Assembly: GCA_965227295.1 (NCBI GenBank)
Contig: OZ245742.1
Span: 3,616,001-3,680,000, forward strand
Origin: Leptonemataceae bacterium
GTDB lineage: Bacteria > Spirochaetota > Leptospiria > Leptospirales > Leptonemataceae
DNA length: 64,000 bases
Reading direction: 5' to 3'
The notes under the pieces are model-generated. The model saw only the letters and a list, made by a program, of their open reading frames with translations, had not been told where the DNA came from and searched no databases. Positions 59,687 through 64,000 of the stretch are shown here, in pieces. Both the position numbers and the translations under genes were made by a program. The first letter of the stretch is position 1. Each line of letters opens with the position of its first letter.

Positions 59687-59808
59687 TCTTGCGTCAGCGA
59701 TTGGAAGGGTTGCGGCGTAGCCGCAAGTCCGGAGCGCGAAGCGCGCAGGACCGAAGCGATAGCGGAGCCCTGGAAAGCGCGGCCCGAGCGTAAGCGAGGG
59801 AGACGCCC
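59687..59808 (+). repeat. Structured intergenic repeat, copy C
   Basis: TCTTGCGTCAGCGATTGGAAGGG...CCCTGGAAAGCGCGG...GACGCCC. Confidence 0.9.
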
Positions 59809-60077
59809 GACTTAATTTTTTCGAAGGTCCGGCAAGCTGTGTCGGATAGTCAGAAACTATTTCAGGAATTGGATGAATTGTTCGCGTGGCACGTGAAGCC
59901 GCACAGTATAGATGAAAGTACATTTGCTGCGATTAGTCGGATAGCCCAACGAGACTTTAGTCGCAACAAGGGACTTTCGAACCGCTGTTTACCATGAATG
60001 AGGTCACGCTCGAAGCACATCATTGGACCGCGGAGTATTTCGAAAGACCCGGTATATCTTATCGTCGATGGAAACAG

Positions 60078-60175
60078 CGATTCGAACACGTTATCGATGG
60101 CGTAGCGCGCAGCAGCTCCAGCATTCCGGGCCCGTAGAATTCCGGCGCGCGGCAGATCACGGCTTCGACATCCCC
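60078..60175 (-). pseudogene. Tiny remnant of an NAD-dependent epimerase/dehydratase gene
   Basis: GDVEAVICRAPEFYGPG fused to ELL/(frameshift)RYAIDNVFES. Confidence 0.5.
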
Positions 60176-60246
60176 GTTAAGCAGGCGGAAGTAGTAAGAC
60201 GATAGGTCGCTTGCGCAGATTTCACCGGCAATTGAAATCTGCCATC

Positions 60247-61374
60247 ATGCTCATGCGCGGGAAAATTTTGCGCCGTGTTCTTGCGATGTTCCTGGGTGCT
60301 GCGGCCGTTTCCTGCGGCGGCACTCTGGCCGCGCCAGGTGAGCGCGATCATACGTTCGTCGTGACCGGTGATGTCGTAAATCTGCGTGCAGCGCCGTCGC
60401 TCAATGCCAGAGTCGTTGGTACGCTGCAACGCGGCAGTCGCGTGCGCATCGGTACATTTCAGCATCCGGGAAAGGACTTACAATTCGAGAGCGGAGATCA
60501 ATGGCTGCGGGGCATCTGGCTCCCGGTCGTGCCCGCATCCGGAAAACAGGCCTGGATGTTCAGCACGTATGTCGGCCTGAAGATCGGCACGACCGATCTC
60601 ATCGGTTATACCACTTATACGAACGGCTCCGTGGTGCAGGCGGAACTGAACTTCATCATGCCGGACGGAATCCTGAGTTCCCGGGACGGCAGTCACGGCC
60701 CGCCGGATCGCAAAGGATTGAACACGAATCGGCCGATGCTGCTCCTCGACAATCTCGGCACGCCCATCGGTCAGGTGACGGCGCCGAAATTCTCGGAGAC
60801 TAACAGTCAGTTTGAAGCGTATGCCTGTACCGAAAGCTACTTCGCGACTGGAACCATGCAGCGGGATAGCAATTCGCCGTTACGCTCGGATCCGGACCTG
60901 GGCTTTCAGGGACCGCTGAATCCACGTGTGCCGGGATACCGCCCGGGCAGCCTGGCGATGGATCAAATCCACGAGGCGGTGAAGCGTGTCAACGCCGTGT
61001 ATTTCAGAGACAAGAAGATGAAACCGGAAACGCAATTGCAATGCAGTGGCTGCGCTTCGGCTATCCTTGATCATGCGGAAAAAAAACAGCGACTGCTACT
61101 GCTTACGCTGGGCAATCGAAACGGTTCGGCCAACAGCTTCTCTATTCACGCGGTCGATTCATCGGGGATGGCCGATCTCCTGGTACGCTTTAATTCCAGC
61201 TCGGGAGACGCCCGGGAAGTGGAGCGTTTTTACGCAATCACGGACCTGGACGGCAACGGCCGGCCGGAAATCTGGACGAAAATCATCGGCTACGAGTGGT
61301 GGTTCTATCGCGTGTATGTCTTTCAAGACGGTGTGGCCGTGCCCGTCTTTTCCGGCGGCGGCGGTGGTTGTTAA
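60247..61374 (+). CDS. Exported SH3b-domain protein
   Basis: AAAVSC signal; VNLRAAPS..A.VVGTL..G, AWMFSTYV; C-terminal DLDGNGRPEI. Confidence 0.75.
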   Translation: MLMRGKILRRVLAMFLGAAAVSCGGTLAAPGERDHTFVVTGDVVNLRAAPSLNARVVGTLQRGSRVRIGTFQHPGKDLQFESGDQWLRGIWLPVVPASGKQAWMFSTYVGLKIGTTDLIGYTTYTNGSVVQAELNFIMPDGILSSRDGSHGPPDRKGLNTNRPMLLLDNLGTPIGQVTAPKFSETNSQFEAYACTESYFATGTMQRDSNSPLRSDPDLGFQGPLNPRVPGYRPGSLAMDQIHEAVKRVNAVYFRDKKMKPETQLQCSGCASAILDHAEKKQRLLLLTLGNRNGSANSFSIHAVDSSGMADLLVRFNSSSGDAREVERFYAITDLDGNGRPEIWTKIIGYEWWFYRVYVFQDGVAVPVFSGGGGGC

Positions 61375-61485
61375 GAGTCCGTTTGATGCGTCGGTAATCC
61401 AGCCCGGGGATTTCTTGCTGTAAAAAGATGCAAATTATCCGGAGCGTGTTGTTGTCTTCCTCAGATCATACTTACGACGGCTCCG

Positions 61486-62691
61486 ATGCAAATCATCATT
61501 CGATTTACTCTAACAACTTTACTGATCAGTCTATCAATCACGTGCAGCACCGCCCTGAGTGTCGCCGCGCCGGAGTATCGTGAAGAAAACGTCCTCACCG
61601 AAGTGCGCAAGCATCACGAGGAGCTCGCCCCGCAGCTTCCGCGCAAATTTCGTAGCGGTAACGTAAGCCCGCAGCCCGTCGCGGCGCGGCCGGCGCCTAC
61701 ACAGTAACGCCGACAGACTACGGCTATCGTGCGCAGTTGCCCGCCGGCAACAATGCGAAGGGCGCCTTCATTCCCACGCCGGCCGCCTGTGACGGCGTGC
61801 TCGTGGTCAGCGGCGGTTTTCGACGTTACGAGTACTACGGCCTCGATGCGGAAACCGGCGAAATGCTCTGGGCCGTGAAGTTAAGCGACATCGGACCGTC
61901 GGGGCCGGTGTGTGAATTCGGAGTCGTGGTCTTCAACACGGAATCGTGCACCACGTTCGCGTGGCGTGCGAAGACCGGTGAGATGCTCTGGTCGCACTAC
62001 CTGGGCGATCCGCAAATGAGCGCACCGTCGATGCACAACGGCCGGGTGTTCGCGGCCTATCCCATCAAACACATCGCCCCCGGCGCATCGCGGGATGCGA
62101 GCCATGCTCTGGCCGCCTTCGCCGCGACGTCCGGGACCTTGCTGTGGCAGACCGTAATCGACGGCGACGTGATGACCGCGCCGGTGATCGTTAACGATCA
62201 GCAAGTTGTAGTTACGACCCTGGCCGGCACGCTCTACCTCCTGGACCAGGAAGACGGCACGATTCGCGCCGCCGCCCGGGCGCGCGGGACGAGTGCGCCG
62301 GTGTTCGTCGACGGCCAGCTGTATTACAGCCGCCGCACGGATGTTTTGTATGATTTGCGCATGCGGGAGGACCTCGCCGTGGCCGACGCTCTCTTGCAAC
62401 GCCGCCTCTCCCTGGGCGATGCGGACCCGGCGGGACGGGCGCATCTTCGTCAGCACGTATGTCGACGGAATCTGGGAGATCGATCCGCGGAGCGGTGAGA
62501 TTCTGCGCAAGTATCGGGATGCGGAGCAGGCCGCGCGGCTGCGATTCCAGCCGGTCATTCAGGACGGTCGCATCTTCGTGCCGACCGAAGACGACGCGTT
62601 GCTGTCGTTCGATACCGGGCGGCCGGAACTGACGGGCTGGAAGATGTGGGGCGGTAATGCCGGTCGGACGGGACAACCGGCACGCTGGTGA
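61486..62691 (+). pseudogene. PQQ/BamB-like beta-propeller protein gene broken into three frames
   Basis: Signal peptide ORF 61486-61707; DAETGEMLW repeats in 61737-62498; C-terminal PVIQDGRIFV...WKMWGGN in a third frame. Confidence 0.7.
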
Positions 62692-62751
62692 TCAGCCGCG
62701 AAAGAACTGCTCCGGCAGCTTCGGCCGGGCGGCATGATGCCGTAACCAATT

Positions 62752-63003
62752 TTACTTTTCTTTCTCTTTCTCCAGCTCAATCGTCTGGCAGATATCCAGG
62801 CAGTCTTCACTGCACGCCGTGCGTTTGGATTGCGGGGAGAGCTTCGTGCAGGCCTTCTTTTCTTCGCACTGATTGATGCAGGTATAGGAATCGACCCAGT
62901 TTTCCAGGGCTTCTTCGCGTCCGAATTTTTCGCCGCCGGCGAAGAGCACGCCGGAGAAGGCGATGAGCAGAGTGAGGCCAATGAGGGCGAGGGTTTGTTT
63001 CAT
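62752..63003 (-). CDS. Small secreted Cys-rich protein
   Basis: MKQTLALIG signal peptide; CINQC..C..CSEDCLDIC. Confidence 0.6.
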   Translation of the reverse strand: MKQTLALIGLTLLIAFSGVLFAGGEKFGREEALENWVDSYTCINQCEEKKACTKLSPQSKRTACSEDCLDICQTIELEKEKEK

Positions 63004-63148
63004 GTAGACTGTTTTTCTCATGCGGGCTTTGGGATGGCAATCAGAATTTGCGGCGCGGCACGAAACAGCTATGAATCCAGCAGGAAATCCAGGCGTGTGT
63101 CGGTCTTCGCGGCGCTGATCTCAAGGATCTCCGCCCGGAAGCAGTGGA

Positions 63149-64000
63149 TCACAGCTTGTGGCCGCTGAACGCGAGGTCCTGCAGGACCCGGGTCGCGCCG
63201 GCATCGGCGCCGGCCTCGGTGACGACGACATCCCCGGTATTTAGATACAGCACGGCCGTCAGGCTTCCGTTGGGGCGTTGACCGGAACTTTCGCCCGCCC
63301 GGGCACGTCCACGGTAGTTGCCGTTGACACGCAGTTCGACGTACACGTCGTCGGTCGTGCTGCCGTCAAAGACACTGCTGATGAATTGAATGCTGAACGA
63401 GTAGAGTCCCGGCACCGGTGCTATAAACTGCGTGCCGTCGAAGGCGTTGCCGACGTTCGTGTAGATGTTGATGTAGTTCGTGATCGCCTGGCCTGAGCCG
63501 CTGGAGCTGTGATCGGTGACCGCATAGAAACCGATCTCCTGCTTCGGCGCGATGCCCGGCGACGTCAGCTTGAGTAACTGCACGCGGGTGTAGATTTCGG
63601 GTTCGCTGATATTGGAAGCGATGCCCATGTTACCGGCTTCCGAAGGCGCCGGAATGTAATGTTCAATGATGAACGTCTTCGGTGAGCTGATCTCGAAGAT
63701 ACCGGTGATCGAAGCCGTCGTAGAACCTATCCCTGCGCCCTGGTCTGCATAGGTATTGGTTCCGAAGAGTGCCACCGTTGAGTCCGTGATATTCGTCAGC
63801 CTGGCTCTCGTAATATTCACCCGGTGTGCCGGGACCTCGGCGTCGATCTGATACGTTCCAGCCGGGAGCGTGAACTGATTTCCGCTGAGGGCTACGCCGC
63901 TGATGTTTGTGTCGAGCATGTTCAGATCGCGCGTAACATAACCTCCCGCCGGCGGTTGCCCGCCCGGAGTTCCCGCCGGTTTCTGATCGTAGATCATCGC
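63149..64000 (-). CDS. Protein with C-terminal C1q/TNF-like domain (5' truncated by window)
   Basis: FYA, TNVGNAFDGTQFIAPVPGLYSFS, LYLNTGDVV, FSGHKL; preceding beta domain NQFTLPAGTY. Confidence 0.75.
   Translation of the reverse strand, partial: AMIYDQKPAGTPGGQPPAGGYVTRDLNMLDTNISGVALSGNQFTLPAGTYQIDAEVPAHRVNITRARLTNITDSTVALFGTNTYADQGAGIGSTTASITGIFEISSPKTFIIEHYIPAPSEAGNMGIASNISEPEIYTRVQLLKLTSPGIAPKQEIGFYAVTDHSSSGSGQAITNYINIYTNVGNAFDGTQFIAPVPGLYSFSIQFISSVFDGSTTDDVYVELRVNGNYRGRARAGESSGQRPNGSLTAVLYLNTGDVVVTEAGADAGATRVLQDLAFSGHKL

Noticed and set aside
59862..60089. 75-aa minus-strand ORF as a real gene
   Set aside because: No RBS or motif; it starts inside the epimerase remnant.

Overview
GC-rich bacterial chromosomal window whose gene content and order resemble Leptospiraceae/Leptospirales (inferred from eno-ftsB-clpP, tig-clpP-clpX, spirochete-style lipoproteins, an MBL-cNMP protein and mqnC; not database-checked). 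It is mostly housekeeping: sucA 3' end, moeB-like, rsmD, GT2, eno, two clpP, tig, clpX, tatAC, trxA, prepilin peptidase, guaA, an SCO-coxBACD caa3 oxidase cluster, fused otsAB, a FadF-like Fe-S oxidoreductase, mqnC and 8 tRNA genes. Small accessory patches carry a KAP NTPase, a frameshifted class III cyclase, an Rpn nuclease, decayed genes and a C1q-like protein. No rRNA, CRISPR array, integrase or transposase was seen. Most notable: (1) a dispersed 115-130 nt intergenic element (5 full copies + 1 partial) with a covarying multi-hairpin fold capped by GNA triloops, every full copy co-oriented just downstream of a gene; (2) the clpP in tig-clpP-clpX has lost its catalytic Ser and Asp (N98, F172) while the second clpP is intact; (3) an AAA-AAA-VWA gene with an A10 run at the AAA/linker junction and stops in both shifted frames; (4) three or four genes apparently start at CTG; (5) all 8 tRNA genes are followed by CA, not CCA; (6) an orphan degenerate RnfC/RnfD-like pair. 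All family calls are by motif recognition only.
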